The notes below the pieces were generated by a model. It did not search any database, had not been told where the DNA came from, and worked only from the letters and a program-made list of their open reading frames with translations. 64,000 bases of DNA from Dermatophilaceae bacterium. Lineage in GTDB: Bacteria; Actinomycetota; Actinomycetes; Actinomycetales; Dermatophilaceae. The translations under genes and the position numbers were made by a program. This document shows, piece after piece, positions 24,878-33,681 of the stretch. The stretch spans positions 13,036 through 77,035 of the forward strand of contig DASSLY010000010.1 of assembly GCA_035689185.1 (NCBI GenBank). Reading direction: 5' to 3'. Positions within the stretch are counted from its first letter, which is position 1, and each line of letters starts with the position of its first letter.

Positions 24878-26425
24878 CTACTTCAACCAGGCGCGCAACG
24901 ACTTCTGTGACGAAGCCGCCCAGGTCCGCTCGAACCGGTCGGTGGACTCCCGGGCGCGGGCCTCCTCCACCGCATACAGCCGACCGAGGGTGAACGCGGT
25001 CGGCACGTCCGCCCCGGACAGCAGGTGGCGCAGCTTGGCCCGGGTGACGACGCTGTCCTGGTGCTCGCCGAGCTCCTCCTGGACGGCCTCCATGGCACTG
25101 GCGAACGCGGCGGCGTCGTCGCCGAAGACCGATGTGACCGCCTCGCCGGCATACCGGGCCTGCTTGGCGGCCTTGCGGGCCTCGTGGAGCAGGTGGTCCT
25201 GCTCGTCGGCGGGGGCGTCCGCGATCTGCTTGACCAGGGCGCGCAGCTGGCCGTAGCTGCGCGCGACCCGCTTGGGGAGCACGGCGCTGGCCGGTCGAAT
25301 CCCCTTCCGTCGCACCGGAGGCTCGACGACCAGCGTCGAGAGCGCCTCGAGCAGTCGGTGGTAGCGCGCCGAGTTCAACGTCGTCACCAGCCGCTGGTGG
25401 GCCCGGTCGTACTCGCCACCCAACCGGCTGCCGAGCGCCGGTGCGGGGTCGTCGCCGGGCGGCTCCCCCAGCGACTCGACGGTGTGCCGGAGCCGCATCC
25501 GAAGGACTTCCGCGTCCCGGGCAGCGCCGAGCTGCGCAGCGAGCCACTTGAGCTCTGCCCGCACCGGATTCGTCTGCTCGCGGGCCAACAACGGGCGGAA
25601 CGTCTTCAGCGCGCTGCGCACCCGCCTGGTGGCCACCCGCATCTTGTGCACGCTGTCCGGGACGTCGAGACGGACCAGTATGTCGCGGCTGACGATCTGC
25701 TCCACCTGCTCCGACAGGTAGGCCCGCACCACCTGACCGGCCGCGGACTGCGCCGTCAGACGTTCTGGTATGCGGTCTCCCACCGAGACCGAGCGGTCAC
25801 CCATGACGCGCTGCAGCTTCGAGGCGGTCTCCGACACGCGCAGCCCCAGGTCCCGCAACCGACGGTCCACCGCGTCGAACACCTCGCGGCCGGCCTCGAT
25901 CGCCTCCACCTCGACCTCGCGCCAGCTGACCGCGTCCTCCTCCGCGCTGGGGGCCTGGGGCAGCAGCGACGCCAAGCGGCGACCCTCCACCCGGTCGTCG
26001 GCCAGCTCCACCATCGGCGTGCCCGCCCGATCGGTCACCAGCTGCACCGTTCGCAGGGTGTGCAGCACGGCAACGGCCACAAGCTCCTGCCCCCGGGTGC
26101 GGGCCCACAGCATTTGCTGCAGGCGTGCCGGGACCGTCGGCCTGCCCAGCGGTAGCCGGACCTCGGTCCTGGCGCCCTGCTCGTTGGGCACCTTGAGGTG
26201 CCACCCGGCGTCGGCGCCGCCGGTCCGGCGGCGCAACGTGAGCCCCGCCCGGCCCAACGACCGGTCCGCGGTGTCGAAGTAAGTCGCCTGCAACCGATAG
26301 GTGGACGTCTCAGCGAGGACCAGCGACGAGCCGGCGACGCCGTCCAGGACCGCGTCCAGCCCTGGCAGCTCCACCCCCTCCTCGACGTCGTACTTGACCT
26401 CGCGCTCCTCGTGCACGGCAACCAT
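24878..26425 (-). CDS. CYTH and CHAD domain-containing protein
   Basis: 515 aa. N-terminal 'EREVKYDV' (EXEXK-like triphosphate tunnel) and 'TYFDTADRSLGRAGLTLRRR'. C-terminal helical CHAD with 'VHKMRVATRRVRSALKTF' and 'LHEARKAAKQARYAGE'. Confidence 0.8.
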   Translation of the reverse strand: MVAVHEEREVKYDVEEGVELPGLDAVLDGVAGSSLVLAETSTYRLQATYFDTADRSLGRAGLTLRRRTGGADAGWHLKVPNEQGARTEVRLPLGRPTVPARLQQMLWARTRGQELVAVAVLHTLRTVQLVTDRAGTPMVELADDRVEGRRLASLLPQAPSAEEDAVSWREVEVEAIEAGREVFDAVDRRLRDLGLRVSETASKLQRVMGDRSVSVGDRIPERLTAQSAAGQVVRAYLSEQVEQIVSRDILVRLDVPDSVHKMRVATRRVRSALKTFRPLLAREQTNPVRAELKWLAAQLGAARDAEVLRMRLRHTVESLGEPPGDDPAPALGSRLGGEYDRAHQRLVTTLNSARYHRLLEALSTLVVEPPVRRKGIRPASAVLPKRVARSYGQLRALVKQIADAPADEQDHLLHEARKAAKQARYAGEAVTSVFGDDAAAFASAMEAVQEELGEHQDSVVTRAKLRHLLSGADVPTAFTLGRLYAVEEARARESTDRFERTWAASSQKSLRAWLK

Positions 26426-26592
26426 GAGGTTGATCTACTCACATCGACCGGGCCCGAGTCATCTGCTGGGCGGCGGCGGGCTCGGGTGTGCTGCCGCGCC
26501 CGCTCCGCGGCAGGCCCTGGCGGGGCGGCGGTCGGCTCTGCCAGGGAGGCGGTTCGCGCGCCCACGCCACCCACCCGGCTAATGTCGCCTCG

Positions 26593-27026
26593 ATGAGGAC
26601 TGTCCAGTTCACCTTCGACATCGCGGCGCCACCGGACCGCGTCTTCGACGAGCTCACCGACCTCGGCCGGCTCACGCGCTGGCGCACCTTGGAGAGCATC
26701 CGCCTCGAGCCCGACGGTCCCGCGCGCGTCGGGACCGTGCTTCACTCGACGGTCCGCGGTGCGGGCCGGATGCAGTTCGTCAATGAGGTCACCGCGCTGG
26801 ACCGTGGCGCGCACACCTACGACGACCGCTCGGTCAGCGGCACCTTCCCGATCGAAAGCGGTTGGCGGGTGGAGGCGGTGCCTGGCGGCTCCCGCGTCCA
26901 CTGGACGACCCGCTACCAAGGCCGAGGGTCTATGCCCTTCTCGGCCCGCTGCTGGGTGAGATGATCAAGCGGGGCCAGCAGTCCGACCTGCGCAAGTTCG
27001 CCAAGCTCGTGGCGCCCGCCGGCTGA
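26593..27026 (+). pseudogene. SRPBCC (polyketide cyclase/START-like) protein with an apparent -1 frameshift near 26928
   Basis: From ATG 26593: 'MRTVQFTFDIAAPPDRVFDELTDLGRLTRW...HWTTRYQGRG', then premature 'SMPFSARCWVR*'. The family-typical tail 'YALLGPLLGEMIKRGQQSDLRKFAKLVAPAG*' continues in another frame and ends at 27026. Confidence 0.65.
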
Positions 27027-27039
27027 GGGGGCTGCCCGG

Positions 27040-28719
27040 TCAGGCGATGCGGCGGTCCCCGGGTTGCAGGACGCGCAGCCAGCGGTAGCCGTAGCCGTCC
27101 AGCTGGATGTCCGCCAAGCCGTCGTCATCCAGCGGGGAGCGGCCCTGCTGGAGCAGGTCGGCCAGGTGGCTGCCCGAGGCGAAACCAGGCAGCCGGAGCG
27201 GCACCGTGCACGGCTCCGGCCCGAGGTTGTGCACCGCGGCCATCGCCCAGTCGCCGGTCCGAGCCAGGTGGGCCAGCACCGGGTGGTGCGGCTGGTCGAG
27301 CACCTCGAACTGGGCCCAGCCGAGCTCCGGGGACTGCCGGTAGCGGTGGATGAGGTGTCTCATGAAGGTGAACAGTGAGTCGGGGTCGTTGCGCTGGTCG
27401 GCCACGTTGACGTGCTCGGGTCCGTAGGGCCCGGTCGTCACGGGGCGGGCCAGCCGGGCAGGCGGGGCGGTGGAGAAGCCCGCGCCGCGGCCGCTGCTCC
27501 ACTGCATCGGCGTGCGCACCGCCAACCGGCCTGGCACGTCGAGGTTCTCCCCCATCCCGATCTCCTCCCCGTAGAACAGAACCGGGGTGCCGGGGGTGGC
27601 GAACATCAAGGAGTACGCCATCCGGATCCGCCGCGGGTCACCGCCCAGCATCGGGGGCAGCCGTCGCCGCAGCCCCCTGTCGTAGAGCTGCATCGACGGT
27701 TCCGGGCCGAACGCGGCGAACACCTCCTGCCGCTCGTCGTCGCTCAGCTTGTCCAGGGTCAGCTCGTCGTGGTTGCGCACGAAGACCGCCCATTGGCTGC
27801 CCGGGTCCACCTCCGGGCGCGCCGTCAGCGCCTCGACCAGCGGCCGCGCGTCCTGACGCGCCATCGCCAGGTAGAACGCCTGCATCCCCATGAAGTCGAA
27901 CTGCATGGTCAGCTCGTCGCCGTCGGCGCCACCGAAGAACTGGCGCTGCCCCTGGTGCGGCAGGTTCACCTCGCCCAGCAAAATGCCGTCCCCGTGCCGG
28001 CGGCCCAGGAACGCCTTGAGCTGGCGCAGGTATTCGTGGGGGTCGTACCGAAAGGCGGCCTCCCGCTCCGGCACCTGGTCCACCGCGAACATGAACGGGA
28101 CCGCGTCCACCCGGAACCCGGACAGGCCCAGCTGCATCCAGAAGCCCATCGTCTTCGCGATCTGCTCACGCACCGCCGGGTTGGCCACGTTGAGGTCCGG
28201 CTGGGACCGGTAGAAGTGGTGCAGGTACCACTGACCGGTGCGGGGGTCCCGTTCCCAGATGCTGTCCTCCCGGTCGGGGAAGACCACCTCGGCAGAGGTG
28301 TCCGGCGGCCGGGTGGACCGCCATACATAGAAGTCGCGGTAGGCGCCGTTCACGCTGCGCCGGGCCTGGACGAACCATGGGTGCCGGTCCGAGGTGTGGT
28401 TCATCACGAAGTCGGCGATGACCCGTATGCCGCGCGAGTGCGCCGTGCGCACCAGCTCCACGAAGTCGCCGAGGTCACCCAGGCGAGGGTCCACGCCCAG
28501 GAAGTCGGTGATGTCGTAGCCGTCGTCCTTGTCGGCCGTCGGGTAGAACGGCATCAACCACAGGCAGGTGACGCCAAGCTCGGCGAGGTAGTCGATCCGG
28601 CTGGTCATCCCGGCCAGGTCGCCCTGACCGTCCCCGTCGGAGTCCAGGAACGTCTGGACGTCCGCGCAGTAGACGACCGCGGTCTTCCACCACAGGTCCG
28701 CCGTTTCCGCCAGCCGCAC
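27040..28719 (-). CDS. GH13 alpha-amylase-family enzyme, trehalose synthase-like
   Basis: 559 aa. 'WWKTAVVYCADVQTFLDSDGDGQGDLAGMTSRIDYLAELGVTCLWLMPFYPTADKDDGYDITDF', 'IRVIADFVMNHTS', 'GFRVDAVPF' and 'NHDELTL' (GH13 regions I, II and IV). Confidence 0.8.
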   Translation of the reverse strand: MRLAETADLWWKTAVVYCADVQTFLDSDGDGQGDLAGMTSRIDYLAELGVTCLWLMPFYPTADKDDGYDITDFLGVDPRLGDLGDFVELVRTAHSRGIRVIADFVMNHTSDRHPWFVQARRSVNGAYRDFYVWRSTRPPDTSAEVVFPDREDSIWERDPRTGQWYLHHFYRSQPDLNVANPAVREQIAKTMGFWMQLGLSGFRVDAVPFMFAVDQVPEREAAFRYDPHEYLRQLKAFLGRRHGDGILLGEVNLPHQGQRQFFGGADGDELTMQFDFMGMQAFYLAMARQDARPLVEALTARPEVDPGSQWAVFVRNHDELTLDKLSDDERQEVFAAFGPEPSMQLYDRGLRRRLPPMLGGDPRRIRMAYSLMFATPGTPVLFYGEEIGMGENLDVPGRLAVRTPMQWSSGRGAGFSTAPPARLARPVTTGPYGPEHVNVADQRNDPDSLFTFMRHLIHRYRQSPELGWAQFEVLDQPHHPVLAHLARTGDWAMAAVHNLGPEPCTVPLRLPGFASGSHLADLLQQGRSPLDDDGLADIQLDGYGYRWLRVLQPGDRRIA

Positions 28720-28856
28720 GTCTGCCTCCTCGCCCAGCCCAGCCGTTCCCGCGAGGCTATCCGTTGTGCCCGTGTGCCCGGCCGTCCTAGTGTGGTCTCC
28801 TCGTGCGGTCGGGGGCGGCGGACGCGGCCGCCACTATCTGGATCGGAGCGCCTGAC

Positions 28857-29288
28857 ATGCTCAACGAAGCGCAAGTGGAAGCCAACATCCCAGCCGGTGA
28901 CATCGCCCGCGCCCGGGCCTTCTACCAGGACAAGCTCGGCTTCACCCCGACCATGGAGATGGAAGGAGTGTGGCTTCGCTACGAGACTGCCTCGGGCACG
29001 GCGTTCAACGTGTACGCGACCCAGTATGCCGGTCAGGCCGGCCACACCATCGCCCAGTTCCACGTGACCGACGTGCAGGACGAGGTCCGCGCACTCAAGG
29101 CCAAGGGCGTGGCGTTCGAGACCTATCCGGACATGCCCGGCGTCGACTGGGACGGTGACGTCGCCTCGATGGGGTCAATGGGCTACGCCGCGTGGTTCAA
29201 GGACAGCGAGGGCAACATCCTCTGCCTGGACAGCGGCATCCCCGAGCAGGCGGCATCATCGGGGTCGACGGAAAGGCCGGCGTCGTGA
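28857..29288 (+). CDS. VOC (glyoxalase/bleomycin-resistance) family protein
   Basis: ATG 28857. 'IPAGDIARARAFYQDKLGF' and 'AWFKDSEGNILCL'. Confidence 0.7.
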   Translation: MLNEAQVEANIPAGDIARARAFYQDKLGFTPTMEMEGVWLRYETASGTAFNVYATQYAGQAGHTIAQFHVTDVQDEVRALKAKGVAFETYPDMPGVDWDGDVASMGSMGYAAWFKDSEGNILCLDSGIPEQAASSGSTERPAS

Positions 29289-29734
29289 CCGGCGTGTCCC
29301 TGCAGCCGTTCCCCCTGGTTCGCAAGGGGGCCTCGGGGCATCCGGTGAAGACCCTGCAGCACCTGCTTCGAGCCCACGGCCACGGCATCGACGCCGACGG
29401 CATCTTCGGGCCGCTGACCGACGCCGCGGTCCGCGCCTTCCAGGGCGACGAAGGGCTAGCCGTCGACGGCATCGTCGGCCCGCACACCTGGGGCGCGGTC
29501 ATCGTCGAGGTGAGCCGGGGCAGCCGGGGGGAGGCCGTCAAGGGCGTGCAGGAGGAGTTCCAGTTCCGCAACCTGTCCGGTGATCCCAGCAAGGGGCTCG
29601 CCGTCGACGGGGTGTTCGGCCCGTTGACCGAGGCCGCTGTCCGCGGTTTCCAGCAGGCTGTCGGGCTGGACGTCGACGGCATCGTCGGACCGTTGACCTG
29701 GCAGGCGCTGGTCAGCGGCATGCTGTCCTTCTGA
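29285..29734 (+). CDS. protein with two peptidoglycan-binding (PG_binding_1) repeats
   Basis: GTG 29285 overlaps the upstream stop. Two copies of 'V..LQ..L...G..IDADGIFGP.T..AVR.FQ...GL.VDGIVGP.TW'. Confidence 0.7.
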   Translation: MTGVSLQPFPLVRKGASGHPVKTLQHLLRAHGHGIDADGIFGPLTDAAVRAFQGDEGLAVDGIVGPHTWGAVIVEVSRGSRGEAVKGVQEEFQFRNLSGDPSKGLAVDGVFGPLTEAAVRGFQQAVGLDVDGIVGPLTWQALVSGMLSF

Positions 29735-29983
29735 CCGGCCCGGGCGGCAGTGGAGGAGAGTCCCCAGCCGGGCCATCGCAACGACACTCGCCGGCCGGCG
29801 GAGCTTTTCCGGATGCGACCACGCGCCTTTCCGGGCGGCAGTCCTGATCTCAAACACAGCGAAACGGGCGAGTGAAACACAGCCATTCGTTCATTCTTTC
29901 AGCCACCCTTGTCACCCATTCCCGGCGGGTGTACTTTCTTGCCGGCCCACCGAAAGCAATGATGGGTCAGTCCATGGGAGGAA

Positions 29984-30580
29984 ATGGCAATGAAGCGTCG
30001 TTATGTCGCAATTTCTTCAGCCGCCGTGCTGGTAGCGGGAATGACGGTCGTCGGGTCCGTATCGGCCTCGGCCGGGCAGGACAGCACCGCCGCCGCAGCG
30101 GCGTCGTCCTCGGTGCGGGGATGGGCCGGACCGCAGGCATCCTCGGTTGCCGCGGCCGAGCGGGCCGCGCAGGGTCGGATCACTGGCCCGAGCGCTGCCG
30201 CCATGGCCGGGGAGACTCTGGTGGTGGTGGAGGCCCCCTTCAGCCCGCGGCGCGAGGCCTTCGTCGACGTGGGGGCGAGCGGCGACTCCCCCGGCGACTT
30301 CTTCATCGCCGAGGGACGGATCCTCGACCGGTCCGGCTCCCGGATGATCGGCTCGGACGCCCTTCGCTGCGAGGCCGGGGTGCGCACCTTCACCTGCGAG
30401 GCCACCCTCGTGGTGACCGGCAAGGGCAAGATTCGCGTCGCCGGCACGTTGTTCAGCAACCGAGACAACGTCCTACCCGTGACCGGTGGCACCGACGCGT
30501 ACGCCGGCGTCGGCGGACAGGTGACGTTCTTCAACCTTGGTCACGGCCGGACGGCCCTGATCTTCGACCTCACCCGCTAG
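29984..30580 (+). CDS. secreted dirigent/allene-oxide-cyclase-like protein
   Basis: Signal peptide 'MAMKRRYVAISSAAVLVAGMTVVGSVSASA'. 'GDSPGDFFIAEGRILD', 'TLVVTGKGKIRVAG' and 'VTGGTDAYAGVGGQVTF'. Confidence 0.6.
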   Translation: MAMKRRYVAISSAAVLVAGMTVVGSVSASAGQDSTAAAAASSSVRGWAGPQASSVAAAERAAQGRITGPSAAAMAGETLVVVEAPFSPRREAFVDVGASGDSPGDFFIAEGRILDRSGSRMIGSDALRCEAGVRTFTCEATLVVTGKGKIRVAGTLFSNRDNVLPVTGGTDAYAGVGGQVTFFNLGHGRTALIFDLTR

Positions 30581-30610
30581 CTCGCCGCGCCACCCCTGGC
30601 GCCGGAACAA

Positions 30611-30650
30611 GCGCGGCCCTAGTCAGCTGGCCTGGCTAGGGCCGCGTTTC
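30611..30650. terminator. bidirectional stem-loop between convergent genes (GCGCGGCCCTAG - 13 nt - CTAGGGCCGCG, then TTTC)
   Basis: An 11/12-bp GC-rich stem read directly from the sequence. It lies between the stop at 30580 (+) and the stop at 30731 (-). Confidence 0.55.
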
Positions 30651-30730
30651 GTACACGCCGTTGAACGCCGTCTCGGCGGGCCGGCGGAACCGGCTGAAGC
30701 CGGCGTCGCTGACAGACCGGCCGGGCCGGC

Positions 30731-33520
30731 TCACCCCTCCACGGTCACCAAGCCGCCCGCGCCGTCCACCGTGACCAGGCCGCCCGCGCCGTCGACGGTG
30801 ACCCGGCCGATGGTGCCGTCGACGGTCACCGGCTGCCCCGAGCTGATCCGGCTGGTCGCGTCCGGCACCCCCACCACGGCCGGGATGCCGTACTCCCGGG
30901 CCACCACGGCGCCGTGGGAGTTGGCGCCACCCATCTCCATCACCAGTCCGGCAGCAGTGAGGAACAGCGGCGTCCAGCCAGGGTCGGTCGACGGAGCGAC
31001 CAGGATCTCGCCGGGGCGAAGCTGCGCCCCGACCGGGTCCAGCACCACACGCGCCGGCCCGTGAGCAGTGCCCGCCGAGGCCGGGCTGCCGTGCAACGCA
31101 GCGGGACTCGAGCCGGCGGCACGCTCGGGGCGGTATGCCGCGACCGCCTCCGGCTCGGTGCCGTCGGACAGCAGCAGCCGCGGGATGTGCCGGCGGCGCA
31201 GCTCCACCGCATACTCCTCGCGGCACGCGGCGACCCGGTCCTGCAGCGGCTCCCCCGCCAACCCGCGCCGGGCCTGGTCCAGGTCGAGGAAGAAGACGTC
31301 GTCGGGGTCGGTCACCGCACCCGCCTCGGCCAGGGCGACCCCGACCTGGTACAGGTGCTCGTGCAGTCGGCCGAGCCCGCGCACCAGCAGGAACTTGTGC
31401 GACTCCCGCAGGCCGACGAGCTGGCGGGCACGGCCCAGCAGGAGAGCGACCAGGCGGGCCCGCACCGGGTGGCTTCGGCCGAGCCGGCCGACCAGCCGCG
31501 CCACCATCGCCTCGGCGTCCCGCGTCGCGCTGGCGAACTGCACCGGTGGCGCCAGCTCGGGATCATCCTGCGCGAGGTAGTTCTTCGCCACCCCGAGCAG
31601 GTGAGACGGGTCGTCGGACCAGCGAGGTAGGCCGAGGTCGATCTCGCCGACGGCCCGATCGCCATACGTGGCAAGGAACTCCGCCAACCCCCGCTGCGTC
31701 ACGGGCGGCAGGGAACCAGCACGGTAGCGGGCTGCCAGCCGGACCACGGGCTCCGCCGTGACAGCGGCCGACGAGGCCGCGTCGGCGCGGATGCGCTCGG
31801 CGAGCCACCACAGGGCGAGGTCCATCTCGGTGGTGACGTTGTGCGGCAGGCCGCGCAGCACCCCCTGCAGCTCGACCGGATCCGCGGTCCGGCCCAGCAG
31901 ACGCCGCGCCAGCTCCAGCGCGAGGAAGCCCGCCACGGCGTTGGCCATCACCCGCGGCGCCATCAGGAACAGCCCCCCACCCAGCCGGGCCTCGACCAGG
32001 TCGAGGCGCTGCCCGGGGGTGGCGTCCTGCGGCAGGACGAGGGATGCCTCAAGTCGGCGCTGTTCGCGGGCGATCGCGGCATAGGCCGCCCGGGGACTCA
32101 GCGCTGCGGTGAGCACCCGGCGCGGCAGCCCCAGCCGCAGGGCCACCCGCCCCACCGCGGCAACGGCGTGGACCGGCGGGCGCGGGTCGACGGCGAACGA
32201 CTGCTCCTGCAGGAGCCCGCGCAGCACGGACGCGGACCGCGCCTCCATCACGCCAAAGGCGGCGAGCACCACCCGGCGACCCAGCCGGTTGCGCACCGCG
32301 GGGGTCAGGTCGAGGAACACCCGTCCCGCCGCGACGTGCAGCGCCCGCGCCCCGTCGCGGGGCCGGGCGACCGGGTGGCCGGCCACTGCGGCGACCGAGG
32401 CGGAGACGAGCCGCAGCGCAGCCAGCCCCATGGGGGTCAGCGGTCGGGTGAGGCCCTGGGCCAGCGAGGCGTTGAGGAAGACCCGGTCCCCACCGCCCGC
32501 CGCTGCGCTCGGGTCGACCAGCGGGTAGAGGGTCGTGATCGGGCGCGCCTGGGTCAGCCAGAACCTGCCGTCGCCGGCCAGCGCCCACTCCAGGTCCTGG
32601 GGCCGGCCGTAGTGCGCGGCGACCCGCGCCCCCAGCCGGACCAGCTGGCCGACCTGTATGTCGCTGAGGCAGGCGCGCTGCGCCGGCTCGGTGCCGACCC
32701 GCTCCGGGCCGACCCGCTCCGCGCCGACCTGCACGGTGCCGACCTGCTCGGTGCCGACCTGCTCGGTGCCACCGCCTGGGCGGGGGCGGACCACCACCCG
32801 CCTCTCGCCCACGGCTCGTTCGGTGATCCGTCCAGAGGACGTCTCGACCACGAACCGGTCCGGGACGACGGCACCGGAGACCACTGCCTCACCCAGTCCG
32901 GGGCTGGCCTCCAGGACGCACTGCGCGCGGCTGCTGGTCACCGGGTTCGCAGTGAACAGCACCCCGGCAGCCACGGCGTCCACCATCTCCTGCACGACTA
33001 CGGCGAGGGCGACTCCGCGCTGGCCGATGCCGGCCTGCTGCCGGTAGCTGACGGCGCGGTCCGTCCACAGCGAGGCCCAGCATCGCCGCACCGCCGTCAG
33101 CAGCTGCTCCGGGCCCACGACGTTGAGGTAGGTGTCCTGCTGGCCGGCGAAGCTCGCGGTAGCCAGGTCCTCCGCGGTGGCCGACGAGCGCACCGCGACC
33201 GCCGCTGTGGAGCCGAGGCCCGTGTAGGCGTCCAGGACGGCCGCGCGGACTGCTGCCGGCACGGGTGCGGCGGCGACCAGGGCGCGGGCCTCGGCGGCCA
33301 GGTCCGCAGTGTCCGGCCCCTCCTCCTCCAGCCGCGCGAGCAGGGGCTCCAGGCGATCCGCCACGACCGCGGCATACGCAGCGGTCGTGATGCAGAAGCC
33401 GATGGGAACGGCGAACCCGGCATCAGCGAGCACGCCCAGGTTGAGCGCCTTGCCGCCGACGGCGGCAAGGTCCGCCGATCCGAGGTGCTGCATCGGGATG
33501 ACCAGGGGCATGACGGCCAC
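30731..33520 (-). CDS. PEP/pyruvate-binding phosphotransferase (PpsA-like; rifampicin-phosphotransferase-like three-domain layout)
   Basis: 929 aa. N-terminal 'LGSADLAAVGGKALNLGVLADAGFAVPIGFCITT' (ATP-grasp). C-terminal swivel His domain 'MGGANSHGAVVAREYGIPAVVGV'. Contains two in-frame tandem repeat arrays. Confidence 0.8.
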   Translation of the reverse strand: MAVMPLVIPMQHLGSADLAAVGGKALNLGVLADAGFAVPIGFCITTAAYAAVVADRLEPLLARLEEEGPDTADLAAEARALVAAAPVPAAVRAAVLDAYTGLGSTAAVAVRSSATAEDLATASFAGQQDTYLNVVGPEQLLTAVRRCWASLWTDRAVSYRQQAGIGQRGVALAVVVQEMVDAVAAGVLFTANPVTSSRAQCVLEASPGLGEAVVSGAVVPDRFVVETSSGRITERAVGERRVVVRPRPGGGTEQVGTEQVGTVQVGAERVGPERVGTEPAQRACLSDIQVGQLVRLGARVAAHYGRPQDLEWALAGDGRFWLTQARPITTLYPLVDPSAAAGGGDRVFLNASLAQGLTRPLTPMGLAALRLVSASVAAVAGHPVARPRDGARALHVAAGRVFLDLTPAVRNRLGRRVVLAAFGVMEARSASVLRGLLQEQSFAVDPRPPVHAVAAVGRVALRLGLPRRVLTAALSPRAAYAAIAREQRRLEASLVLPQDATPGQRLDLVEARLGGGLFLMAPRVMANAVAGFLALELARRLLGRTADPVELQGVLRGLPHNVTTEMDLALWWLAERIRADAASSAAVTAEPVVRLAARYRAGSLPPVTQRGLAEFLATYGDRAVGEIDLGLPRWSDDPSHLLGVAKNYLAQDDPELAPPVQFASATRDAEAMVARLVGRLGRSHPVRARLVALLLGRARQLVGLRESHKFLLVRGLGRLHEHLYQVGVALAEAGAVTDPDDVFFLDLDQARRGLAGEPLQDRVAACREEYAVELRRRHIPRLLLSDGTEPEAVAAYRPERAAGSSPAALHGSPASAGTAHGPARVVLDPVGAQLRPGEILVAPSTDPGWTPLFLTAAGLVMEMGGANSHGAVVAREYGIPAVVGVPDATSRISSGQPVTVDGTIGRVTVDGAGGLVTVDGAGGLVTVEG
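30734..30829. repeat. 27-nt in-frame tandem repeat (about 3.6 copies) encoding VTVDG(A/T)(G/I)G(L/R) at the extreme C-terminus of the PEP-utilising enzyme
   Basis: The protein ends 'VTVDGTIGRVTVDGAGGLVTVDGAGGLVTVEG*'. The DNA units were read directly. Confidence 0.85.
32690..32770. repeat. 15-nt in-frame tandem repeat (about 5.4 copies) encoding (G/E)(T/P/A)(E/V)(Q/R)V within the PEP-utilising enzyme
   Basis: Units GGTGCCGACCCGCTC / CGGGCCGACCCGCTC / CGCGCCGACCTGCAC / GGTGCCGACCTGCTC x2. Protein segment 'GTEQVGTEQVGTVQVGAERVGPERVGTEP'. Confidence 0.85.
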
Positions 33521-33681
33521 CGTACGCCCGCATCGCCGGCAATTTCAACGGTAGATGAATTACCGCCCCTGGCGCCGGGCTGCGTTCGGGGCACCAGTCC
33601 TGCCGATTCGCGCGGAAAGCGGTCTGTGCCCGGCTACCGTGGGTGTGAACTCATGGTGACCAGCGTTGAAGAGGCGAGGCC

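Noticed and set aside
30731-33520. Assigning the PEP-utilising enzyme as a rifampicin resistance gene (rph) or as ppsA.
   Set aside because: The domain layout fits both. Discriminating residues in the central substrate-binding domain cannot be judged reliably by eye, so only a family-level call is made.
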